From contig MTLY02000003.1 of NCBI GenBank assembly GCA_002011035.2, positions 512,001-576,000 of the forward strand: a stretch of DNA of 64,000 nucleotides, given 5' to 3'. The first letter of the stretch is position 1. Each line of letters opens with the position of its first letter. Positions 55,886 to 64,000 of the stretch are shown in pieces. A program made the position numbers and the translations under genes. The notes below the pieces were generated by a model. That model made no database searches. It had not been told where the DNA came from and saw only the letters and a list, made by a program, of their open reading frames with translations. The stretch is from Candidatus Hecatella orcuttiae (lineage in GTDB: Archaea; Thermoproteota; Bathyarchaeia; Hecatellales; Hecatellaceae).

Positions 55886-57568
55886 TCACCCCGCCTTCAA
55901 AACCTGCGGTCGAGCTAGGGCGTCCTCAGGGATGATGAAGTTGTCGAACTCCACGGTGTAGTATTCCCTGAATTTGGCTTTCAAATTCGCCGCGGCCAGC
56001 CGGAGGACATCTTCCTCGATGTCAGGCTTAACCCAGAAAGTCTTCCCCCGAGGCGCAGTCTTGATCTCGCCTTTCTCCACCACCACTTGGCCCTCTTTCA
56101 CAACCCAGACCGCGTTTCCGAAGGCCTTCCTCACTTTCTTGTAGTCTTTGGACGGGTCCACCTCCCGGGGGTTAAGAGGATAGACGGCGACGTCGGCGTC
56201 AGCTCCCACACCTAGATGGCCTTTGTTTTTAAGGCCCAGCGACCGGGCTGTTCCCGCCCGGGTTACGACGGCTATCTCCGAGAAGCTGTACTCCCTGTCC
56301 AAGGAGCTGAGGTTAGACCTCTTCCTAGCCATCCGGGGGATTTTGGAGAGAACCCTCTCCCTAGCCTTCCGGCTCATCAGCCAAGCTATTACCTTCGGAT
56401 AGGCTGTGAAGGGCCCTGCGTTGGGGTGGTCGGTGGTCAGGAATACCCTCCAAGGGTCTCGGACGGCCAAGGCCAGCTCCAAGCCCACGGTCCACTGGAT
56501 GGCGTTGACGTAGTTGGACCTCTTGTAGAAGTAGGGGACAACCCCTGCGCTAGTCTCCACCTCCACATCGGAGTTAGTCCACTTGTTGCCGGTGAGCTGG
56601 TAGAGCTGGAACTGGAAGGGTCCATCCGCAGTCATGGTGGTGGCGTTTCCGAAGACAAGCTGACCTAGGTCGATGCTGACATGGCCGTGTCTGTTGACGT
56701 AGTTGGCTATCTCCACGCCTTCGGAGCTCATGGAAAGCCAGTCTCGGCCTCCGTAGCCTTCAAACTGCACGTGGGTGAGGTGGATGACAGGCTTCTCCCC
56801 GGCTAGGTCCCTCACGCAATCCATGGTCTCGATGGTGGTCTCGTAGTTGCCGGGGCGGCCTAGGTTGTTGGGATGAAGGTGAATAGGGTGAGGAAGGTTC
56901 AGCATCTTACTGATCTTACAGAGGCTTCGAACTATCTCCCTAGGTGTAATGCCGAAATTTGGAACTTCCTCATCCAACCCCAGTACGTTTCCACCCCAGT
57001 TCCAAGCCTCCAGCCCTCCGGGGTTGACGATTTTTATGGCATAGCCCTTGACAGCTTCCAGCATCCAAGCCACGTAGCCGGCTGCCTCCTCGATTCTCCC
57101 CGCCTTCAAATACTCCAGCAAGATGACGTCGTTGCCGAAGAGGGGGAAGCAAGCCTTATCCAAGATGGGTATATCGTCCAGCTCATCGTGGGTATGCCTT
57201 GCCTTCAACATGGGGGTAGCCGGCTCGAACACCGTGGTGTAGCCCATCTTGGCATAACGGTAGCCGGTGGTGAAGACCGAGGGCACGGTGCTCCCCACCC
57301 CAGACCGGGTGGTAGGCGTCTTAGCCTCCGGGTCCCTGAAGTGGTCCTCAGGCCTCATCAGCCGCCCCGCGTTCACCTTAGACCCAGCGATGTGGGAGTG
57401 AAGGTCCACTCCCCCAGGCATGACCATAAGGTTGGAGGCGTCGATAACCCGGGCTCCGCTGCTCACCGACTCCACCACTTTGCCGTCCCTGATGGCTATG
57501 TCCATCTTCTGGCCGTCGATCCCGTTGAGGGGGTCGAAGACGATGCCGTTTTTGATCAGAAGCTCCAC
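55886..57568 (-). CDS. fwdA: Formylmethanofuran dehydrogenase subunit A
   Basis: DLHSHIAGSKVNAGR..RPED, KIVNPGG, HLHPNNLG, TTDHPNAGPF. Confidence 0.96.
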   Translation of the reverse strand: MELLIKNGIVFDPLNGIDGQKMDIAIRDGKVVESVSSGARVIDASNLMVMPGGVDLHSHIAGSKVNAGRLMRPEDHFRDPEAKTPTTRSGVGSTVPSVFTTGYRYAKMGYTTVFEPATPMLKARHTHDELDDIPILDKACFPLFGNDVILLEYLKAGRIEEAAGYVAWMLEAVKGYAIKIVNPGGLEAWNWGGNVLGLDEEVPNFGITPREIVRSLCKISKMLNLPHPIHLHPNNLGRPGNYETTIETMDCVRDLAGEKPVIHLTHVQFEGYGGRDWLSMSSEGVEIANYVNRHGHVSIDLGQLVFGNATTMTADGPFQFQLYQLTGNKWTNSDVEVETSAGVVPYFYKRSNYVNAIQWTVGLELALAVRDPWRVFLTTDHPNAGPFTAYPKVIAWLMSRKARERVLSKIPRMARKRSNLSSLDREYSFSEIAVVTRAGTARSLGLKNKGHLGVGADADVAVYPLNPREVDPSKDYKKVRKAFGNAVWVVKEGQVVVEKGEIKTAPRGKTFWVKPDIEEDVLRLAAANLKAKFREYYTVEFDNFIIPEDALARPQVLKAG

Positions 57569-58870
57569 TCAAGCCACCTCCTTGAGGCTTCTAACCTTGT
57601 GAAGTATATTTTCCAACACCTCCACATCTGGAAGGCAGTTGGGCGGAGGCTCCACGAATTTTCTGGTCTTCAAAGCCACTCCATCCATCCGGTAGACTGT
57701 TCCTCCATATTCGATGCCGTTGAAGGCCGCGGGAATCCGCACATCCGCCAAAAGGCTTGTGGCCGTGAGGGTTGGGTCCACCACGGCGACGGGTATGTTG
57801 GCTAGGTTTTTCACAGCTGCCCAAGGCATGTGGGAAGCAGGGTCGGAGGCCACCACCAGCGCCGCGTCTACTTCCCCCCGAACCAGCAGGTCGGCGGCGG
57901 AGGTTTCTCCCGGGTTAAACCGGGGATAGCCGTGGCTGAAATCCACGGCGAAAGGATAGCCCGTCTGCCATAAGGCAACCTTGTTGGCTCCTGTGACGTT
58001 GTAGTGGCCTCGCATGGGCAGCATGAGGAATTTGGTTTTGAGGTTGAGGTCCCTCACCAAGGAGATGGCGGCGGCGATGTTTTCGTTTTTTGCACTGGAC
58101 TGGGTTAGGCCGAGGCCGAAGAAAAGCATCCCAAACTCGCAGCTCACCATCATTTCAGCCAGCTCCTCGATTTTTTCCACCGGAACCCCGGCCACGGCTT
58201 CCGTTTCAAACTCCATGTCCCTCACAGCCATCCTCAGGGCTGAGAGCAACTCGTAGTCCTTTCCGGGGTCAATCTGAAGGAACAGGTCCGCGGTCTTGGA
58301 GGTAACGGTCTTCCGTACGTCCACCACCACGATTTTCCGGTCTTTTCTCTGGCTTCTGAAAAGACCCTTGGTGAAGGCGGTATAACGGGTTGTATGCCTG
58401 ATGTGGGCTTGGGAGGGATTGCAGCCCCAGTAGATGATGAGGTCCGCCCTATGCCTAGCCTTTCCCAAGGTGCCTGTGGGCTCCCCCACGTCCTGTATGG
58501 CCTCCAAGCCGACTCCATGGCAGACGGTAGCAGTGTTGTCGAGGACCCCTCCCACCTCCTCTGTCAATTCTATGCCGACCTTGATGGCCTCGCAGCTGGT
58601 GTTACTCCACCCGTAGAGAAGCGGATACTTGGCCTCAGCCAGGATTCTAGCAGCCTTGTCCAAAGCTTCCTCAAGGCCGACTTTCCGAAAGCCTCCGTCC
58701 GCCCTCATGAGGGGATCCGGGTTTCGTTCTTCTTGAGAATGTAGAAATTTCTCGGTGGCTAGGGCGCAGGCGTATTTTACGCCTGTGATTTTGTTGTCCT
58801 CCACGGAAACTTCCAGGTCGTCGCAGACGCAGCCGCAAAAACTGCATAAGACATTCTTAACCACTACCAT
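57569..58870 (-). CDS. fwdB: Formylmethanofuran dehydrogenase subunit B (Mo/W-pterin, Cys ligand)
   Basis: CSFCGCVCDDL, ATVCHG, WGCNP..AH.RH, PMRGHYNV, GTVYRMD. Confidence 0.96.
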   Translation of the reverse strand: MVVVKNVLCSFCGCVCDDLEVSVEDNKITGVKYACALATEKFLHSQEERNPDPLMRADGGFRKVGLEEALDKAARILAEAKYPLLYGWSNTSCEAIKVGIELTEEVGGVLDNTATVCHGVGLEAIQDVGEPTGTLGKARHRADLIIYWGCNPSQAHIRHTTRYTAFTKGLFRSQRKDRKIVVVDVRKTVTSKTADLFLQIDPGKDYELLSALRMAVRDMEFETEAVAGVPVEKIEELAEMMVSCEFGMLFFGLGLTQSSAKNENIAAAISLVRDLNLKTKFLMLPMRGHYNVTGANKVALWQTGYPFAVDFSHGYPRFNPGETSAADLLVRGEVDAALVVASDPASHMPWAAVKNLANIPVAVVDPTLTATSLLADVRIPAAFNGIEYGGTVYRMDGVALKTRKFVEPPPNCLPDVEVLENILHKVRSLKEVA

Positions 58871-59259
58871 TTTTCATTTCCCCCTCTAGCTTCAGCCATG
58901 AGTTCCTCCAGGTCAGGAACCTTCTCCCCCGGAGCAGGTTCAACTTCAACCTCCAGACCCTTATAGCTGGGAGTGCCTGTCCCTCCGGTTTCCGGCCCGA
59001 CGAGGCGGTTGGCCCAAGGGCCCACGGGAATGAAAACCAAACCCGGGCGGGGTTCCCTAGATTTAGCCGCCTTAACGGTTATGCTCCCGTAGGGTGACGT
59101 AACCTTCACGGTCTGCCCCGGCTCGATCTTGAGGGCGGCCATGTCGCTTTCATCCATCTCGCACACGGCCACGCTGTCCTTGTACTTGGCGGAGAGTTTT
59201 CCATGTTCCTTCCCCTGAGCTTGAGCTATGGAGGTCCCGGTTATCAAAACTGCTTTCAA
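58864..59259 (-). CDS. fwdD: Formylmethanofuran dehydrogenase subunit D
   Basis: LITGTSIAQ, FIPVGPWAN, TGGTGTPSYKG; TTG 59259 preferred as start. Confidence 0.93.
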   Translation of the reverse strand: MKAVLITGTSIAQAQGKEHGKLSAKYKDSVAVCEMDESDMAALKIEPGQTVKVTSPYGSITVKAAKSREPRPGLVFIPVGPWANRLVGPETGGTGTPSYKGLEVEVEPAPGEKVPDLEELMAEARGGNEKW

Positions 59260-59321
59260 CTCTCTTCCACCTTTTCTGTTATTCTTCTTGCAGGAATTTA
59301 AGTTTCCGTTTAAACCCCCCA

Positions 59322-60164
59322 TCAAAGCTTTTGAGGCTTCTCCATGAGCTTCCGCTTGGCCATGAGGCTTCCGTCCTTGTGGTGCGGCTTCCTCAGGAGA
59401 ACATCAGGGGCCTTCTCGATCTCCCTCGCCTCGTCAGCCATCTTGGAGGCCGCCCTAACCATTTCGTGGGCCGCTGCCACCAAGGGAATGTAGCGTTCTC
59501 TTTCCTGAACCACAAAGCAGCCTTCCACATCTAACTCCGCCACCTTCCTCAGCATCTCGTAGGCGGCTAGGGCTTTCACTTTGGCGTAGGGGTTCTGAAA
59601 CTCCGCTGCCTCCACGGCCTTTTCCTTGTTCACCACTATCTTGGGGAGCTCCGGCTTCTCTCCCTTCTTCACAGCCTCCACCACCCTATCCAGCTCAGTG
59701 TACAGGAGGTGGAAGCTGCCGGTTATGGCCAGAACCTTGATGATGTCAGCGTTGAACACCGCCATCTCCACGGGATCGAGGAACTCCCTCCTAGCCCCAA
59801 TCATGGCGTCCCCCTCCACGATGATGTAGCCGAAGCCTTTCTCCCCCAGTTCTTTGGCTATCTTCTTGGATGGACCGTCGGAGACCACGATGGTAGGCAC
59901 CCCGGCTCCAGCCATCTTCTCCCGAACCTTGGCGGGACCCGGCAGGGCAGCGTTGGGGCTGGCCACCACCACGAAGGCAGGTTTGAAGCTTAAGATGCTG
60001 TCAGCCACTTCCCCCGCTTGCTCCGGCCCCAGTTTGGCTCCGGAGCTTACCACTCTCACGTCTATGTCTTCCCTGTCAGCTCTTTCGTCCAGAAGCATTT
60101 CGAGAAGAGGGGCGGATGCGATGTTTCCTAATTTGACGAATCCGATCTTCACAACCACAACCAT
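59322..60164 (-). CDS. mtd: F420-dependent methylene-H4MPT dehydrogenase
   Basis: KLGNI, LLDERADREDI, SGAKL, SPNAALPGP, DAMIGARREFLDP.EMA.FN, NPYAK.KA. Confidence 0.97.
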   Translation of the reverse strand: MVVVVKIGFVKLGNIASAPLLEMLLDERADREDIDVRVVSSGAKLGPEQAGEVADSILSFKPAFVVVASPNAALPGPAKVREKMAGAGVPTIVVSDGPSKKIAKELGEKGFGYIIVEGDAMIGARREFLDPVEMAVFNADIIKVLAITGSFHLLYTELDRVVEAVKKGEKPELPKIVVNKEKAVEAAEFQNPYAKVKALAAYEMLRKVAELDVEGCFVVQERERYIPLVAAAHEMVRAASKMADEAREIEKAPDVLLRKPHHKDGSLMAKRKLMEKPQKL

Positions 60165-60354
60165 CACCTTTAGGGAAAAAATAAGGCGAAAAGCCTCTTT
60201 AAACTTTCCATTACCTTCCGGTTATCCGATTTAAGTAAAATTTCATCATAAAAATACCAATCTCCCGTAAATAAGCGAGCACAAGGGCTCTGTGGAAAAT
60301 CTTTTAAACTTTCCGCGGCTAAAAAAGAGAATAAACAAAAAGAGAGGAGGAGCG

Positions 60355-61260
60355 ATGTCCAAACAAGTGGAAATTGAAGACACCTTCGCCGAAGCTTTCC
60401 CCATGTGGGTGAGCAGGTTTCTGATAACGGCGGAAAACGAGAAATGGGCCTTAACCTCCGCTAGGGCAGCCACAGGCTTCGCCGTCTCCATAATCATGTC
60501 CCCTGCTGAAGCTGGGGTTGAAAAGACGGTGAGCGGGGATGAGACCCCTGACGGAAGACCTGGGGCTATCGTTCATATCTACCACAGCAGCGGCCACGGC
60601 CTCAAAGACCAGTTGCTGAGGAGGATCGGCCAATGCGTCTTAACTTGTCCCACCACCGCTGCCTTTGACGCCTTAGGCAGCCAAGCGGTGAAGAGGCTGA
60701 AGATAGGAGCCAGCATCCGATACTTTGGAGACGGCTTCCAGAAAAAGGACACCGTGAAGGACCGAACGGTCTGGCGGATCCCCGTCATGGAGGGAGAATT
60801 CCTCATCGAAAGCCGGTTTGGAGTGAAACTGGGTGTAGCCGGAGGCAACTTCCTTGTGCTGGCGGAAAACGCCAAAGCCGGACTTGAGGCAGCTGAAAGG
60901 GCGGTGGAAGCCGTGGTGGGTAAAGTGGACGGAGTGGTCATGAGCTTCCCAGGCGGCGTCTGCCGGTCGGGCTCTAAGGTCGGCTCCATGAAGTATAAGC
61001 TTCCAGCCTCCACCAACCACCTCTACTGCCCTGTCCTCCGGGATGTGGTCTCCGACACGCTGATCCCTGAAGGCGTCAAATGCGTCTACGAGCTCATCTT
61101 CAACGGCATCAACTTGGCTTCAGTCAAGGAAGCTATGAAGAAAGGTATCGAAGCCTCCGCAGCCGTTCCAGGGGTGGTGAAGATTTCAGCCGCTAACTTC
61201 GGCGGCAAACTTGGCCCCTACAAGATATACCTGAAAAAACTGGGATTATCCCTTCCGTGA
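60355..61260 (+). CDS. ftr: Formylmethanofuran:H4MPT formyltransferase
   Basis: IEDTFAEAF, TPDGRPG, RIGQCVLTCPTT, FPGGVCRSGSK, ANFGGKLG; ATG 60355 after GAGGAGG. Confidence 0.97.
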   Translation: MSKQVEIEDTFAEAFPMWVSRFLITAENEKWALTSARAATGFAVSIIMSPAEAGVEKTVSGDETPDGRPGAIVHIYHSSGHGLKDQLLRRIGQCVLTCPTTAAFDALGSQAVKRLKIGASIRYFGDGFQKKDTVKDRTVWRIPVMEGEFLIESRFGVKLGVAGGNFLVLAENAKAGLEAAERAVEAVVGKVDGVVMSFPGGVCRSGSKVGSMKYKLPASTNHLYCPVLRDVVSDTLIPEGVKCVYELIFNGINLASVKEAMKKGIEASAAVPGVVKISAANFGGKLGPYKIYLKKLGLSLP

Positions 61261-61372
61261 GGCTGAGGATGTAGGGTGACAAAATAATTAACCCTACACC
61301 TAAAACAAAGCGTGTATATCAAACGGGCTGGAGGATGTTGCTGCAGTCTAGACTTCTGTTGGCATCTATCCT

Positions 61373-62107
61373 TCAGCGGCTTCTGAATTTCTGAAGCCTT
61401 TCCAGCAGCTCTTTGTCGCCTTCGTAGTCTCCAGCGCAAGTTGCGATGATGCCGTCCACAACCCCCTCAAGCTTCGCTGCGAATTCTTCAGCGCGGTCCA
61501 TGGTGGCGGTGACAGGCCACCCGATCATTTTAACCATCTCCGCATTTTTGGGAGTCCCCACCAAGAAGTAGGAGTAGATAGGCTTGTTCAAGCGTTTGCA
61601 CTCTTCAGCTATGACCTTCAACTGGTCGAAGGATTTATCGTCAAGCCTCATGAAGAAGACAAAGTCCCAGTCTCCCCTCACACGGGCGAGGGTACTCTCC
61701 ATGCTGGCGGCCAGCCGTGCACTGAGCAAACAGCCCAGCTTCAGGTTTTTGAGACGCACCGTCTTCTTGAGGAAATCCCGAGCCTCCTCCGAGTTTTTCA
61801 ACATCTTGATGGGTTCACCGTATTTTGGAATATCGCCCATGGTAAGCACCAAGCCGTCCAGGGGCACAGCGTCCGCCGCCAGGGCTAAACCGCCCACCTC
61901 AACAGGGCCCTTATAGTGCAGGATGAAGATGGGTATGACTATCTTTTCCGGGTATCTGGTCTTGAGCAGGCAGCTTATGGCGGTGCCGCTGGGCGCAGGC
62001 ATTCCTGCAGCGCTGTCGGTGACGTTCCAACCGTCAACTAGGTTCTTGGTTTCTTCGGCAAGTTTCAAAAACTTACGGGTTGGAACAAACTCGTGCAGTA
62101 TTTTCAA
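61373..62107 (-). CDS. Short methylenetetrahydrofolate reductase (MetF)-like TIM-barrel flavoprotein
   Basis: E..P N-terminus, WNVTDSAAG, VIP and LVLTMGD.PKYG match the FAD-binding half of MetF; the C-terminal half is divergent. Confidence 0.65.
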   Translation of the reverse strand: MKILHEFVPTRKFLKLAEETKNLVDGWNVTDSAAGMPAPSGTAISCLLKTRYPEKIVIPIFILHYKGPVEVGGLALAADAVPLDGLVLTMGDIPKYGEPIKMLKNSEEARDFLKKTVRLKNLKLGCLLSARLAASMESTLARVRGDWDFVFFMRLDDKSFDQLKVIAEECKRLNKPIYSYFLVGTPKNAEMVKMIGWPVTATMDRAEEFAAKLEGVVDGIIATCAGDYEGDKELLERLQKFRSR

Positions 62108-62179
62108 GGATAATACCTCAATTTAAACAAAACCATTCAGTATTAAAATTTTTCCCAAACAGCGACGGAATGCGAAATG

Positions 62180-62202
62180 TAACATATATGTCATATGTGT
62201 TA
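62180..62202. promoter_or_regulatory. Imperfect palindrome, putative operator upstream of the MetF-like gene
   Basis: TAACATATATG-T-CATATGTGTTA; 10 of 11 arm positions are complementary. Confidence 0.45.
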
Positions 62203-62293
62203 TACTTTTTCAGCCGAGCTACTTCGGCCTACATAAAGGCCCGTTGGCTTAAAATTTCTCCGCCAGCCGGCCCCTTATCCAAGTCCGCCAGAA

Positions 62294-63079
62294 TTATGGG
62301 TTGAGCTTTTTCAAGCTTTCTTCAAGGTTTTTTATGGCCTCGACAGCAGGGCACGAGGGTGAATAGTCGAGAGGAGCCTTTCCCACCCTGTCCGCCTCAG
62401 CCAATTTCAAGTCATAGGGGATCATTTCCAGCAAAGGAATGCCGCATGCGGAGAGGGTTTGGCGGATGAAATCCTCCTCCTCTTTGCTCCTTAACTTGTT
62501 CCCCACGCCATAGAGTTTGGGTATCCCCAAGTCTTGGGCCAAGTGTTCTATCCGTTTGGCTGTTTCCACCGCTTGGCCTCCCGGCTCCACCACCACCAAG
62601 AGCGCTTCCACCCCGCGGACGGTGCCTCTGCCCAAGTGCTCCAAGCCGGCTTCCATGTCCATGACCACCGCTTCTCCCCTTTCGAGAAGCAGGTTTCTAA
62701 GAAGAGCGCGGAGGAGAGCGTTAGCCGGGCACATGCAGCCTGTGCCTCCCAGCTTAACCGTTCCCATGACCAGAAGCTGAACTCCGTCAGGGGCTGGGAC
62801 GCCGAACTTTTCCGCTAGGTCGCTGACTTTGGGGTTAAGCTTGTAGACGCCTGTGCTCGCGTCGAAGGCCGTCCTCTCCCGGATGAGTTCCGAGTTTTCG
62901 GACAGAGGCACGATCTTAGCGGCTGCCTCCGCTGGGAGCCCTAGAGTGTAGGCCAGGTTCATAGCCGGGTCGGCGTCCACGGCTAACACCCTATAGCCCT
63001 CCCTCGCCAGCAGTCGGCTTAGGGTTCCGGCCACTGTGGTCTTGCCGACTCCTCCCTTACCGGCCACGGCTACCTTCAT
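62294..63079 (-). CDS. cooC: CooC/AcsF Ni-insertion ATPase
   Basis: GKGGVGKTT, DADP, GCMCP, DMEAGLEHLGRG. Confidence 0.93.
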   Translation of the reverse strand: MKVAVAGKGGVGKTTVAGTLSRLLAREGYRVLAVDADPAMNLAYTLGLPAEAAAKIVPLSENSELIRERTAFDASTGVYKLNPKVSDLAEKFGVPAPDGVQLLVMGTVKLGGTGCMCPANALLRALLRNLLLERGEAVVMDMEAGLEHLGRGTVRGVEALLVVVEPGGQAVETAKRIEHLAQDLGIPKLYGVGNKLRSKEEEDFIRQTLSACGIPLLEMIPYDLKLAEADRVGKAPLDYSPSCPAVEAIKNLEESLKKLNP

Positions 63080-63081
63080 GG

Positions 63082-63864
63082 TTAGCTCCTTTCCAGCATG
63101 GGTTTCTGAAGTTTCAGCAGCCTCCCGGCTACCTCTTCAACAAACCGGTAGGTGGTGGAGGCTTCAGGCAGCTTGAATATGGGTGCCCCTTCCAAGTCCA
63201 ACCGTTGGATCTGAGGGTCTGGGGGTATCATTCCCAAACTGGGTAGACCTATAGTTTTGGCTTCCTCCTCCAACTGGCCGCTGAACTCGGGGGGTATCCT
63301 GTTTCCGAGGATAAAGAGGCTGCGGAAGCGGAGGTCCAGCTCTCCCACCAGCTCTTTGATTCTTTCCACCGTCGTCAGGCCTCTCTTGGTCGCGTCGGTG
63401 AGGATGAGGAGGACGTCTAGGTCTCGGGTGGTTCTGCGGCTGAAATGCTCTAGTCCCGCCTCGCAGTCCACCACCATGAAGGCGTATCTGCCTTCCAGGG
63501 AATCCAAAAGTCTTCGGAGGATGGTGTTGACGTAGCAGTAGCAGCCCGGCCCCTCGGGTCTGCCCATGGTAAGCAGGTCGAAGCCCTCCGCCTCGACGAT
63601 GGAGGACAGAATCATGTAGTTGAGGTATTCATCCTTAGTCTGCTCTGGAGGAAGCCGGTCTTTCTCCCTCAGAAGGTCTTCCCTGATGTCGCCCACCGTC
63701 TTCGACGGGCGGACTCCTAGAAACTCTCCCAAGTTGGAATTCGGGTCAGCGTCCACGGCTAAGACCAGTTTCCCTGTTTTCTCCCACAGAATCCTCGTCA
63801 GTAGGGCTGCTATGGTGGTTTTGCCTGTTCCTCCTTTGCCTGAAACCGCCACGGAGAAGGTCAA
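63082..63864 (-). CDS. cooC: CooC/AcsF Ni-insertion ATPase (second paralogue)
   Basis: GKGGTGKTT, DADPNSNL, MGRPEGPGCYC, DCEAGLEHFSR. Confidence 0.93.
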   Translation of the reverse strand: MTFSVAVSGKGGTGKTTIAALLTRILWEKTGKLVLAVDADPNSNLGEFLGVRPSKTVGDIREDLLREKDRLPPEQTKDEYLNYMILSSIVEAEGFDLLTMGRPEGPGCYCYVNTILRRLLDSLEGRYAFMVVDCEAGLEHFSRRTTRDLDVLLILTDATKRGLTTVERIKELVGELDLRFRSLFILGNRIPPEFSGQLEEEAKTIGLPSLGMIPPDPQIQRLDLEGAPIFKLPEASTTYRFVEEVAGRLLKLQKPMLERS

Positions 63865-64000
63865 CCTGCCTTATCCCCTGCTTTCACCCTCAGGGAGCGT
63901 ATCAGCTCCTCGCCCTTGGCCTTAACCTTCCCCCACGCGGATTCCAGCTCCTCCAAGCTCGCCTGACAGGTTTCCCACCGGCTGTAGGAGTCGATGAAAC
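63861..64000 (-). CDS. 3' end of an unidentified gene entering from the window edge
   Basis: Open frame FIDSYSRWETCQASLEELESAWGKVKAKGEELIRSLRVKAGDKAG*, with its TGA overlapping the cooC TTG start. Confidence 0.55.
   Translation of the reverse strand, partial: FIDSYSRWETCQASLEELESAWGKVKAKGEELIRSLRVKAGDKAG

Noticed and set aside
57569-58870. Selenocysteine in FwdB
   Set aside because: The metal-ligand position is an ordinary Cys (TVCHG) and the ORF has no in-frame TGA.
444-63925. Numerous antisense or alternate-frame ORFs in the track (e.g. 444-974, 34135-34872, 46751-47686, 56873-57805)
   Set aside because: They overlap well-supported genes, show no family motifs, and are expected shadows in GC-rich coding DNA.

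Overview
Archaeal chromosomal segment. The gene set and sequence style are consistent with Bathyarchaeia; this is an inference, not a classification. Layout: (1) 1-10.8 kb, GC-rich housekeeping genes (RimK/MptN-like ligase, cofC, Cys-less asparagine synthetase homologue, ilvE, thrS, srp54, deoxyhypusine synthase, eIF5A, NAD kinase, Nob1, archaemetzincin). (2) 10.9-16.8 kb, a lower-GC lipid/signalling cluster (frameshifted psd, SerB-like HAD, inactive-KaiC/V4R fusion, divergent class I isoprenoid synthase, RHH/V4R-like protein, intact KaiC/RAD55). (3) 16.9-26.2 kb, an AT-rich glycosylation island with decayed genes. (4) 26.6-41.4 kb, a type IV pilus locus (KaiC-like, assembly ATPase, two TadC, four class III signal-peptide proteins, MoxR-vWA pair, prepilin peptidase) with an inserted AbrB-VapC toxin-antitoxin module. 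(5) A tRNA-Trp(CCA) carrying three BHB introns, followed by small accessory genes. (6) 46.3-53.9 kb, a 10-gene Mrp/Mbh-type membrane module with three antiporter-like subunits and no catalytic arm. (7) 54-64 kb, the H4MPT C1 pathway (fwdDBA, an FwdC-Mch fusion, mtd, ftr, MetF-like gene, two cooC). Most notable observations: the FwdC-Mch fusion, the triple-intron tRNA-Trp, the KaiC/V4R/isoprenoid-synthase module, the MoxR-vWA-pilin operon, pilin paralogues with 431 identical bp, and apparent repeated use of CTG/ATA start codons. All family assignments are from motif recognition by eye, with no database search.
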